NCBI GenBank assembly: GCA_026770705.1
Contig: JANJGN010000557.1
Location: 3,945 to 64,000 of the forward strand
DNA length: 60,056 nt
Direction of reading: 5' to 3'
From: Isurus oxyrinchus
Lineage: Eukaryota
Shown: positions 24,288 through 36,100 of the stretch, piece after piece
Numbering within the stretch: position 1 is the stretch's first letter
How the letters are laid out: every line of letters starts with the position of its first letter
The notes under the pieces: model-generated
The model's input: the letters and a program-made list of their open reading frames with translations, nothing else
The model's database searches: none
What the model was told of the DNA's origin: nothing
Program-made: the position numbers and the translations under genes

Positions 24288-25150
24288 CTGAGGGAGTGGT
24301 GCACTGTCAGAGGGTCAGTGCAGAGGGTATGCTGCAATGTTGGAGGGGTCAGTACTGAGTGAGTGCTGCACTGTCAGAGGGTCAGTAATGTGGGAGTGCT
24401 GCACCATCAGAGGGTCAGTGCTAAGGAAGTGCTGCACTGTTGCAGGGTCAGTACTGAGGGAGTGCTGCACTGTCAGAGGGTCAGTGAAAAGGGAGTGCTG
24501 CACTGTTGGAGGGTCAGTACTGAGGGAGTGCTGCACTGTCAGAGGGTCAGGGCTAAGGGAGTGCTGCACTGTTGGAGGGTCAGTACTGAGTGAGTGCTGC
24601 ACTGTCAGAGGGTCAGTGCTAAGGCAGTGCTGCATTGTTGGAGGGTCAGTAGTGAGGGAGTGCTGCACTGTCAGAGGGTCAGGGCTAAGGGAGTGCTGCT
24701 CTGTTGGAGGGTCAGTACTGAGTGAGTGCTGCACTGTCAGAGGGTCAGTGCTAAAGCAGTGCTGCACTGTTGGAGGGTCAGTAGTGAGGGAGTGCTGCAC
24801 TGTCAGAGGGTCAGGGCTAAGGGAGTGCTGCACTGATGGAGGGTCAGTACTGAGTGAGTGCTGCACTGTCAGAGGGTCAGTGCTAAGGAAGTGCTGCACT
24901 GTTGGAGGGTCAGTACTGAGGGAGTGCTGCACTGATGGAGGGTCAGTTCCGAGGGAGTGCTGCACTGTCAGAGGGTCAGTGCTAAGGAAGTGCTGCACTG
25001 TCAGAGGGTCAGTGCTAAGGAAGTGCTGCACTGTACAGAGGGAGTGCAAGACTGACAGAGGGTCAGTAATGAGGGAGTGTGAGACTGACAGAGGGTCACT
25101 ATTGAGGATGTGCTGCACAGTCGGGGGGGTCAGTACTGAGGGAGCACTGC
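24288..25150 (+). repeat. 33-bp minisatellite
   Basis: About 25 copies; source of the 320-aa and 372-aa spurious ORFs. Confidence 0.95.
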
Positions 25151-25299
25151 ACTGCCATAGGTGGTTTCTTTCAGATGACATGAGAGAGAGGGTTAAACCC
25201 ACTGAGACAAGACTGACACTAACGAGGCTGCTCATTAATTTAACCCTATCAGTGCCAGTAAATGATGTGAGGATGTCTTCTGTTTCCATTTCTCTGTAG

Positions 25300-25548
25300 G
25301 GTAAACAGAACGTGCTGATTTCTGAGCCCCGGAACACAACCAGAGACACAACTAGCGAGGGGGAGACCCCAGCTCCCCGGGGTCTCTCTGAAGGTGCATT
25401 GGGAGGCGATGCTGGACATTGGCACATCGACAATCCCGACGGCCTTCTCTACGCCAATCCCCAAGTATTGAGGATGTCCAGTGATGATGGGTCTGTCCAC
25501 AGGGAAGAGGAGACGGAATACGCACAGATCAGGTTCGAGCATAACTGA
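25300..25548 (+). other. Orphan Siglec terminal cytoplasmic exon (ITSM kept, ITIM lost)
   Basis: 249-bp open paralogue of 52119-52367: GKQNVLISEP...LLYANP...TEYAQIRFEHN*; no plus-strand ectodomain or TM exon found upstream in the window. Confidence 0.85.
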
Positions 25549-26139
25549 ATGAGAAATGGGGAGTGGGAGTGAGGAGGTGTGGGGGTGGGGGTAGTGATTG
25601 AGATTCCTGGGAACAGGAAACAACCCACTGGGGGAGAGGGGGAGAGAGGGAGGAAGGGATGGAATTGGGCTGCGGTTGGTGTGGTTTCGAATGAAATGCT
25701 TCTCCAGAGAGGACTGGATGCTGAGCCACTGGGGATAGAGATTCACTGTCTCTCTCTGTCTCCCTCTCTCTCTCGCTCTCTTGTTCTCTCTCTCCCTCTC
25801 TCTGTCTTTCTTTCTGTGTCTGTCTCTCATTCTCTATCTCCAGCTCCTCCTTTAAGATGCCCGTTAATAACTGACTTTGTTGACTCAGCTGTTGGGCTTC
25901 TGTCCCTTATATCTCCTCATGTGCCTCAGAGTCAGGTGAAGATGTGACTAACAATTCCCGGATGAGCCTTGGGACATTTTGCTACATTAAAGGTGCTATA
26001 TAAATGCAAGTAGTTGCAGTAAGTCTGATCTGCTTCGATTAACAATGGAACCACAAAGGGTCCTTCGACAGGGCGTGTGTGCAGGAGGATCCCAATAAAT
26101 ACATTGTGCTATTAGATTTTTAATTCTTACATCGAATGT

Positions 26140-26585
26140 GGCTGTCACTGGTGATGCCAGCATTAATGCCCATCCCTAATTGCCCTTGAGAAGGTGGTGG
26201 TGATCAGCCTTCTTGACCCGCTGCAGTCCATGTGGTGTAGGTACACCCACAGTGCTGTTAGGGAGGGAGTTCCAGGATTTTGACCCAGCGACAGTGAAGG
26301 AACGATGATATATTTCCAAGTCAGGATGGTGAGTGACTTGGAGGGGAACTTCCAGTTGGTGGTGTTCCCATGTGTCTGCTGCCCTTGTCCTTCTAGATGG
26401 TAGAGGTCGTGGGTTTGGAAGGTGCTGTTGAAGGAGCCTTGCTGAGTTGCTGCAGTGCATCTTGTAGATGGTACACACACTGCTGCCACTGTGTGTTCGT
26501 TGTGGAGGGAGTGAATGTTTAATGTGGGGGATGGGGTGTAGATCAATCGGGCTGCTTTGTCCTGGATGGTGTCAAGCTTCTTGAT
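26140..26585 (-). mobile_element. LINE 3' end fragment
   Basis: CTIYKMHCSNS.RLL.QHLPNPRPLP...RSFTVAGSKSWNSLPNS plus the tail shared with the SINEs. Confidence 0.8.
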
Positions 26586-26717
26586 TCTGTGCTTTGTATA
26601 GAACTGATTTAAAGAGACAGTCCCAGTCGTTGGTCTAAGATTACAGTGGGCTCTGTGTCTGTGCTACACGGACTCTCTGCTATATGATAACCACAGTGTG
26701 ATATTGTGTTATTACAG

Positions 26718-26799
26718 GAGAAAGACAGCGATGGAGGAGAGAGTTTCAGGGACCAGTGACATTGCCTTGACTCCCAGTCCACTCTCTGTGAAGCACCAG
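26718..26799 (+). other. Orphan juxtamembrane cytoplasmic exon
   Basis: 82-bp paralogue of 50919-51000 (RKTAMEERVSGTSDIALTPSPLSVKHQ) with intact splice sites. Confidence 0.85.
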
Positions 26800-26934
26800 G
26801 TACAGGAACTGTTTACACTTACACCAAATCTTCAATCTCAGTGTGTAGACAACACATGTCCCAGATTCCCAGCCCAGTTACCCACTGATTTGTACCTGTG
26901 GAGTCAGCAATGGTTCAGTATCATGCTGTCTCTC

Positions 26935-27692
26935 TGTTATGACACAGCAACTGGTAAAGGCTGTTGTTTAAAATCCCAGAGGGAAACTTTAAACAACTGT
27001 CATAACCTATATTTCCCAGTGGAATGTTTGAGATGCAGCTCTAAATTCAGGAATAAGACCATCAGTTCTTGAGATGGGTTTATATCAAACTACATGAGAC
27101 ATTTATTAATTTTCACAAGTTAATCATATGCACATGGCTACAAACTAGTATTATCATAACTTTTTAACAAATTCCCAAACTAAAGTCCTCTAAGACAACC
27201 CATAGACTTTAAGCAGATTCCAAGCGAAGCATTTTCACCTCACAAATTCCAAATGAGGTTCCTTTCACTTTGGTTCCTTTGCAGACAGGTGTAGGCTTAC
27301 AGCTGCTTTGATGTTACAAGCCTCTGCTCTGCACACACAAAACTGCTCAAGTTATACCCAGCACTGCTCTTTGAATGTAAATTCTCATTGTATCATCAGG
27401 ACCTTTGATCTCCATCTCTTCTAACAATAAATCCTCTGTCATAGTATCAATTTTATTAGTAATATAAACATTGATTGGTTTAAGAATTCACTCCCAGGCT
27501 TTGAATCCTCCTTTTAAAAATGCAATATGCCTCTTTACCTCTTTGTTTACATCTCAAAACTACTATACATCAAAGTCCCCAGACCGGCTGGCTTTAATCC
27601 AATTAAAACACACACACACACACCCACAGACTAAACCTCTGTTTAAAAAGACAATTTCCAATTACAATACATACATTAATAGATTCATAACG
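26935..27692. mobile_element. Solo LTR-like insertion
   Basis: TGTTATGA...TCATAACG inverted ends; homologous to 31185-32003; absent from the paralogous intron 51001-52118. Confidence 0.65.
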
Positions 27693-28114
27693 CTCTGTCT
27701 CTGACCCTTCATCTCTCTCTCTCTCTCTCATCCTCTCTCTGATTACAAGATTCATGTTATTGAGCCTCACACCAGGCACCTGAGTGCAGAATCCAAGCCG
27801 ACACTCGCCAGAGCCTTACCGAGGGAGTGCGAGACTGACAGAGGGTCAGTACTGAGGGAGTGCTGCACTGTCAGAGGGTCAGTACTGAGGGAGTGCTGCA
27901 CTGTTGGAGGGTCAGTACTGAGGGAGCGCTGCACTGTCGGAGGGTCAGTACTGAGGGAGCACTGCACTGCCATAGGTGTTTTCTTTCATAAAACATGTGA
28001 GAGAGGGTTAAACCCACTGACCCACGACTGATACTAACGAGGCTGCAGAATAATTTAACCCTATCAGTGCCAGTAAATGATGTGAGGATGCCTTCTGTTT
28101 CCATTTCTCTGTAG

Positions 28115-28363
28115 GGTAAACAGAACGTGCTGATTACTGAGCCCCGGAACACAACCAGAGACACAACTAGTGAGGGGGAGACCCCTGCTCCCCAGGGTCT
28201 CTCTGAAGGTCCAGTGGGAGGCGATGCTGGACATGGGAACCCCGACAATCCCAACGACCTTCTCTACACCAATCCCCAAGTCTTCAGGGTGTCCAGTGGT
28301 GATGGGTCTGTCCACAGGGAAGAGCAGACGGAATACGCACAGATCAGATTCAAGAGAAACTGA
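28115..28363 (+). other. Second orphan terminal cytoplasmic exon
   Basis: 249 bp, open: GKQNVLITEP...LLYTNP...TEYAQIRFKRN*. Confidence 0.85.
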
Positions 28364-29489
28364 GCGTGAAAAAGGGAGAGGGGGTCAGGAGGTTTGTGGA
28401 TGGTGGCAGGGATGAAGATTCTTGGGAACATGAGACAACCCACTGGGGGAGAGGGGGAGAGGCGGAGAGAGGGAGGAAGGGACTGAATGGGTCTGTGGTT
28501 GGTGTGGTTTGGAATGAAATGTTTCCCCAGTGACGACTTGATGCTGAGTCATTGGGGACAGAGATTCAGTNNNNNNNNNNNNNNNNNNNNNNNNNNNNNN
28601 NNNNNNNNNNNNNNNNNNNNNNNNNNNNNNNNNNNNNNNNNNNNNNNNNNNNNNNNNNNNNNNNNNNNNNNNNNNNNNNNNNNNNNNNNNNNNNNNNNNN
28701 NNNNNNNNNNNNNNNNNNNNNNNNNNNNNNNNNNNNNNNNNNNNNNNNNNNNATTAACTGGCTTTGTGAAATCAGCTTTTTGTCACCTGTCCCTAATACC
28801 TCATTATGTGTCTCAGAGATGGATTTATATGTAGGTAACAATCCCCTGAAGAGATTTGGGACAGTTTGTTACATTAAGTGTGCCAGATAAATGCAAGTTG
28901 TTGAAGGAAAGTTGATCTGCCTCGATTCAGAATGGTAATTCAGAGGGTCCATCGACAGGGCGTGTGTGCAACAGCCTCGCAATAAATGCATTGCACGGCA
29001 ACAACTAAGCATGTCCTTTGATGCTGATGCATCCCAGTACTGCTGTGTGGACACATCACAACCGAGGGACTGCCTGACTGCGTGCAGCCAACATGGCCGA
29101 ATAGTAATTAGCAGAAATGTGATGTCACTGAACTTTGTTGACATTTCAGAAAGTGCTTTCTGAATTCTGCAACTTGTTTATTCTGTGATAGATTACAAGA
29201 AGCCTTTGCATTTTCTATAATATTACATTTATTGTCACAAGGGATTGAAATGCCCAGACACCACCACCTGGAAGTTCCCCTCCAAGACACACATCATCCT
29301 GATTTTGAAATATATCGCCATTCCTTCACTGCCACTAGGGTCAAAATCTTGGACTTCCTTCTCTAACTGCATTGTGGGTGTACCTACACCACATGGACTG
29401 CAGAGGGTCCGGAAGGCAGCTCACCACCACCTTCTCAAGGTAATTAGGGATGGGCCATAAATGCTGGCCTAGCCAGTGATGCCCACTTC

Positions 29490-32410
29490 CCATGGAAGAA
29501 TGAATATATAAAATATAAATTTGGAACAAAATGAATGAAGTTATAGCACAAATAGAGATTAATGGGTACGATAAGATGGACACTGCAGAGAGTTGGTTGC
29601 AAGGTGACCAAGGTTGGAAATTGAAAATTGAAGGATATTTGGAATCTTTGAAAGGATAGGAAAAATGAAAAGGAGGTGGGGTCGCTCTGTTAATAAAAGA
29701 TGAGACCTGTAAAGTAGTGAGAAATGATTTTGGCTCAGATGTCAAGATGCACAGTCAGTTTGGGTGAACATAAGGAATTGCAAGGGAAAGAAATCACTGG
29801 TGGGTTGGTTTATACTCCCCCCTGACAGTAGTTACACTGCAGGGGTAGATTATAAATCAATACATGAGGAGGTCTGTGAGAAAGGCACCACATTAATCAT
29901 GGGAGTTTTCAATCGTCATATGGATTAGACAAATCAGATTAGCAAATGTAGCTTTCAGCGAGGTTATACAGATTGTATTCAGGACAGTATTTTAGAACAA
30001 TGCAACATGGAACCAACCAGGGTAGAGGCTGTTTTAGTCCTGGCAATGTTTAATGAGACAAGACTAATTAACATCTCATTGTAAAGGATCCTCAAGGGAA
30101 GAGTAATCATACGGTGTTGAAATTTAATATTCAATTTGGAAACTTGTGTCTGAAGCTAGTGTCATAAACTTAACTAAAGGCAATTACAAGGGTTAAAAGT
30201 AGAGTCGGCCCAAGTAGAGTGGGACAGCAGGTTTAAGGGGGGGGGGGGTGTAGATGAGGAGTAACAGGTGTCTAAAGAGATGTTTCATAAATTCCAATGA
30301 AGATATTTTCCAGTAAGAAAGAAAGAATCTATAAAAAGGATGGAGCATCGGCGGCTAAATCAGGAAGCTAAGGACAGTATCCAATTGTGAGATAAAGCCG
30401 GCAATGTTGGGATGCTTAGTGATAGGCTGGAGATTGGGAATATTTGAGAAACCAGAAAAGTGAGGGGAGAAATATAAGGAGGCAGAAATGATGATATGAG
30501 AGTAAACTAGCAAGAACCATAAACAATGACAGTGAGATGTTGTACATTAAAATAAGAGAGAAGCTACAGTAATAATGGGACACATAGAAAATCAGACTGG
30601 GGAATTAATAATGGGAAACAGGAAATGACAGAGACTTTCAACAAGAATTTTGTGTCTGTCTTCACAGTAAAAATCTCTAAAACCATCCCAATAGCAGGAG
30701 AAATTCACGGTGCAACAAGGAGGGAGGAACATAAAACAATCACTATCACCAGAGAAAAAGTATTAAGAAAACTAATGAGACAAATGCTGACAAGTCCCAT
30801 GGAGCAGACGGCCTGAATGTGAGGGTCTGAAAGGAAATGGCTGCAGAGACGGTGGATGCATTGGTTGTAATCTTCCAGAATTCCTTAGATTATGGGAAGG
30901 TCCCAGCGGATTGGAAAAACATAAATGAAACATTTCTGTTCAATAAAGGGAGGAGGCAGAAAGCAAGAAACTACAGGTCAGTTAGTCTAATATCTGTCAT
31001 TGGGAAAATACCAGAATTCATTATGAAGGAGGGAGCAGCAGGACATTTAGAAAACCATAATTCAATCAGACAGAGTCAACATGGGTTTGTGAAAGGGATA
31101 TCATGTTTGAAAAAATAATTAGATTTCCTCGAGGATGGAACAAGTGGATTGGATAAAGTGGAACCTGTAGACGTGGTGTATTAGGGACTATGACACAGCC
31201 AAGGGTAAAGGCTGAGTTGTTCAAATCCCAGAGGGAAAATTGAAACAAATGTCATAACCCAATTTTGCTGTTTGTAATTTCGAGATGAAGACTTTGAATT
31301 CAGTAGGAATAAGACCACCGAGGATTGTGGGTTTTTTATATAAAACTAAATAAACCATTTATTAATTTAACACATACACATTGGCTACAAATAACTACTA
31401 TAATAACTTTTTAACAAATCCCCCAATTAATCACCCCCATGAAAATCTCTACTAAGGCAACAATGAACCATTGACATAATATAGACACCAGGCAAAGCAC
31501 ATTTGACATTACGAATTCCGAATGAGGTTCCTTTGCTAGTTGGTTGGAGGCTACAGGCTGGTTCGGTCTGAAATGCTCCTGCCTCACACACACAAACTCC
31601 TTCCTTTATATAACTAGCTTTCCCTTTGAATGTAAAATTTCCATTGTATCACTCGGACTTCTGAACTCCAGCTCGTCGAACAATAAAACCCCCTTTCATA
31701 GCACCAATTTCATTAGTAAGTTCAAGAAAAAACACATCTTTTGGCTCCTTCTAACTAGGTGCAAGATTTTACCCCCAGTCTGGAATGGTTTATTCAACAA
31801 TTGCAAATGAACACTTTACTGTTCTCCTCACAATTCACCTAATTAACATCTCAAAACTACTAAACATCAAAGCACACAGACCAGCTGGCTTTAATCCAAT
31901 TAAGACACACCCAGACTCACACCTATACATGGACCACCACTAGAATTCTATTTTAAATAATAATTTCCAAGCACATTTTACACACAAATATCTCTTCATG
32001 ACATTGGATTTCCAAAAGGCATTCGATAAGGTGCCACATCAAAGGACAATGCACAGGGTGAAATTGGATGGTGTTGGGGGGTATATATTAATACGGATAG
32101 AGGACTGGCTAACTGACAGGAAACAGAGAGCCAGGATAAATGGGTGATTTTCAGCTTGGTAAACTGTAACTAGTGGAGAGCCACAGGGATCAGTGCTGAG
32201 GCCTCAACTATTCACAATCTACATTAGTGACTTGGATGAAGAGACTGACTGTACTGTAGGCAGATTTTCTGACTGTATGGTGAAGATAGGTAGGAAATAT
32301 ATAAGCTGTGCAGGAAAGCAAGTTGTGAGGAGGACACAAAGAGGCTGCAGAGGGAGATAAATAGTTTCAGTGAGTAGATAAAAAAATGAGTGGATGGAAT
32401 ACAAGGAATG
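29490..32410 (+). mobile_element. Decayed CR1 LINE (endonuclease + RT)
   Basis: Fragments FQNSLDYGKVPADWK..N...LFNKG.RQ...NYRSVSLISVIGK, QSQHGFVKG, DFQKAFDKVPH, PQGSVL.P.LF.IYI.DLD. Confidence 0.88.
31185..32003. mobile_element. Solo LTR-like element inserted into the CR1
   Basis: Splits the CR1 sequence gtggtgta|ttggatttccaaaagg; flanks TTAG/TTGG; same family as 26935. Confidence 0.65.
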
Positions 32411-32520
32411 AAAATGTCAGGGTGTCCAGCTGATCCTACTTGTTCTGTTCTTATATTCTTATACAGACACAGGGTTTGCTGACAGTGCACAGCTAAGTGC
32501 TGTTCACTCACTTTGTTCCA

Positions 32521-32660
32521 ACTTCCTCATTTTGGCTCACAGTGACACATCAGCCTTTTCTAATTTAATACACAGATGGATCAGCACAGGATGAGGTCAT
32601 TCAGCCCAAGCAGAGCGTGTGGGCAGTTCCTCCCCAGGCGAGCAGTCGGACAGGTCCTGG
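32521..32660 (+). promoter_or_regulatory. Putative PU.1-box promoter and 5'UTR exon of the plus-strand Siglec
   Basis: ACTTCCTCATTTT at 32521-32533; GG|GTAAGT donor at 32660. Confidence 0.5.
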
Positions 32661-33092
32661 GTAAGTAACGGAACGATTGGAATTCACTTCCACCACCAAC
32701 ACCGTCCTTTGTTGATGTTGTGACTTTATAAAGACAGATTCCAATGATTGATGCCTTTGAAAGATTTCTACTGATTATTGAGATCTGGGTGTGAGGCTCA
32801 AGTCTGTTGTACAGAACATCTTTCTAGCTCAAGGGACATGAGCTTGGGGACATCCAAGGTGGTGAAAGGTGCTATAGAAATGCAAGACCTTCATTGTTTT
32901 TCTTTCTGAAAGCCTTGTAACTCTCTGTAGAGCACCTATCATCCCACAGAGAATCAAATTAGTCTGTGAAGATATTGTCTAAAAGCAGTTCTGATCTCTC
33001 AAGAGCATTCGTACAAGAGGTGAAGTCTCATTAACTCCTTTCTCTTTCAGAACTTCAGAGTTAGAAGCTGAGGAAATATCTGGGAGTGGACA

Positions 33093-33132
33093 ATGATCGG
33101 GAAATCTTACTTCCTCCTGTCACTTCTGCAAG
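33093..33132 (+). CDS. Leader exon, coding part
   Basis: MIGKSYFLLSLLQ+G|GTAATA; acceptor tcctttctctttcag ends at 33050. Confidence 0.85.
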
Positions 33133-36100
33133 GTAATACCATTGTCAGCTCGGACAGATTTATGGTTAATAGTCTTTGTTAAAGATCATTCTTATTGAGC
33201 TCTGATAGGGAACTGATTCAGCAGTGATCCAGTGTACAAACTCACACCAAGTCCCATTCACCCATCACCCCTGTGCTCACTGATGTACACTGACTCCCTG
33301 TCTGACAGCAGAATTGGAGTAGACCAGTGGTCTTGAAGGGTTGTAGGGGCTGGAGGAGTTTACAGGGATAGGCAGGTTTGTAGCAGCGAGAGCAGAATCT
33401 TGAAATTCAGGTGCTGTCGGACGTTGGTCAGTGAGCGATGGGGATTGATGTGTTGAGTAGAGAAGCAGGGATAAAAACTGGGGGATGAAGCCTATCCTAA
33501 TGTGAGGTCTCCGATAGCAATGACCTGAAATTTGTGTCCTTTGCTGCCTTTATTCAAAACTTCCCATGAAGACAGCACAGCAGCTCCTAGAATAGACAGG
33601 TTGTTCAGTGTCACACTTCCTGTCCATTCTCACCTTGCTAGATACTTCAATAAGAGAGCAAGATAACTGAAAGAGAGAAGAAAGGCAAAGCTGACTGGGT
33701 GTAAAGGTGTCAAATATTCTGAGTTATCTGATGAGTGTCTGTGATCTGCTGCATAGTTTAAATTTCACGGAATCTGGGCACGTTGCAGCTCAGAGAGAGA
33801 CCATTGACTCACTGCCTGAAAGGGCGGTGGAAGCAGATTCAACAGGAACTTTCAGAAGGGGAACTGGATAAATACTTGAAGGGAAATTTGCAGGAATGTG
33901 CGAAAGGTTTTGGAGAGGAATTGGGAAAGAGTCAGCACATGCACGATGAGTCACATGAGCTCCTCCTGTGTTGTATCAATCAACAATCAGACAATTTAAG
34001 ACCCTTATCAGCAAATCTTCAGAATCCTGTTGAATCACAGATGTTTCAGAAGGACAGGGAACAAGAGGTTTCTGGTATCAACACTTCATGTGGGGCCCAG
34101 TTCAGTTTGAACAAAAAAAATGACAACAGCATCTTTGAAAGTCATGAAACCACCACAGCGGCACCTCCAACACATGCAGAGCTCAGGCTAGAGGCGCTTT
34201 GTTAGTGTGTTTCACAGTGTCTGCTGGAGTAGGGTCAGTGCTGAGCTTGGGGACAAGTCAGTCTACAATGCTGCATCGGAATCAACAATACAACAATATG
34301 GGGTTTGGATCAGAAATAATCCATTAGACAATGAGGATCCAAAGAGATTCCTTCGACAATGAGGATCCGAAGAGATTCCTTAGACAATGAGAATCCAAAG
34401 AGATTCCTTATTCCATTGGTTGTCTAACTGGGGTCCATGATTTTCCAAGGGGTCCTTGGCAGAATCAAATTATCGAGCAATAGTGTGTAAAATACCGGAG
34501 AGAACGGGAAAGGTGGGATCAATGGAAAACTGTTCACTCTGTTTACACTAATGGGAGTTAGTCTCAGTAATGGAGACCATGAAACTATCATCGATTGTCA
34601 TACACACCCATCTGGTTCACTAATGGCCTTTAGGGAAGGAAATCTGCCGTCTATATCTGGTCTGGCCTACATGTGACTCCAGACTCATAGCAACGTGGTT
34701 CCTCTGAAATGTCCGAGCAAACCATCCAGTTCTCACCATGCTAGAAACTTCAATAAGGGAGTAAGATAACTGAAAGAGAGAAGGAAGGTAAAGCTGCTCA
34801 TGTGGATAGATGTCAAATATCCTGAGTGATCATGATTGTCTCTACTCTGCTACAGAGATTATGTCACGGGACATTAGAGATGGGCAGCAAATGCTGGCCT
34901 TGGCAGCGACGCCCACATCCCATGAATGAATACATTTACAAAATCTTATTACTTGGAGGTATAAAAGGGTTAAAGAGTTGCTGATGGAGGAACAGGCACT
35001 CAATTTTTTTCGTAATTTACAGTTAGGAACCAATAATATTTTGTTTCAAGTAGACGAGGTTTGAGATTTAAGACGCTTGCAAAGAGAATAAAGCTACAAG
35101 ATTCCATGGCTTTTAAACAAACAAAAATAAACTTTACTGCACCAGCTCAGAAAGATAAAATAATTCACAATATCCACCTTATACCCTAACATTCTGGATT
35201 AATATGAGCTCATGTGAATTAACAGGCAAACTGTGGTCTCACAGCCACATTACTCATTAAATTGTAAACGCGACCAAGATAGAGCCCATGGATTTCACAA
35301 CAACCCACCCGGATATCAGTGAACACTGTCAGTCAACCAATCTCACTGAAACTCTGTTTCTCTCATGAGGGATTCCAATCTTCAACTTCGAAGATCTTGC
35401 CTTGGAATTCTCTCCAAAAGTTGCTTCAACTCGGATGGCCTCAGTGACGTTCCACCTCACAGGGTTTCCATCTCTTCTCCTGAGGCTCCATTGCCCTGGA
35501 TTCCCGACTATATACTCAAGCACCTCTAGGATTAGATGAAAGGTTTTGATTGACTGGGTAGACAGAGAATGTTCCCTCTTGTGGGCAGGAGAATAACTAG
35601 AGGACGAGTGATTGGTGATTCCTTAAACATTGAAGAGGGAATGAACACCAATCAGATTTAATCAGATTAGCCAATCAGCTGTGTTGAAGAGCAGACAGGA
35701 ATGTTAGGCTAATTAGTGATTCATGACGGTGATAATGGGGGGAGTTCTGAGTGGAAGACTGGCTTCACTAAGGGGAAGCGGTAGCAGAGAGGTATTGTCA
35801 CTGGGCTAGTATTCCAGAGGCCCCGGGTGATGCTCTGGGGCCCTGGGTGTGAATCCCATCACAGCTGATGAATGGAATTAAAAAGCCTGGTTCACTGATC
35901 ACCTATAGGGAAGGAAATCTGCCACCCTTACCCAGTCTGGCCTACATGTCACTCCAAACCCAAAGCAATGTGGTTGACTCTTAAATGCCTCTGATGGACA
36001 TGGGATGGGTAATAAATCCCATGAATGAATAATTCGAAAAAACTAAACAGGGTCCTGAGGACCATGAGCCAATGTAGAATGAACTTGTCCACTCCTGTGT

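Noticed and set aside
24315-25433. Long 11-aa periodic ORFs (VQHSLSTDPLT / RECCTVRGSVL), also at 6070, 12937, 37524, 51042 and 54175
   Set aside because: Translations of the 33-bp minisatellite, open in several frames and lying in introns or intergenic DNA.
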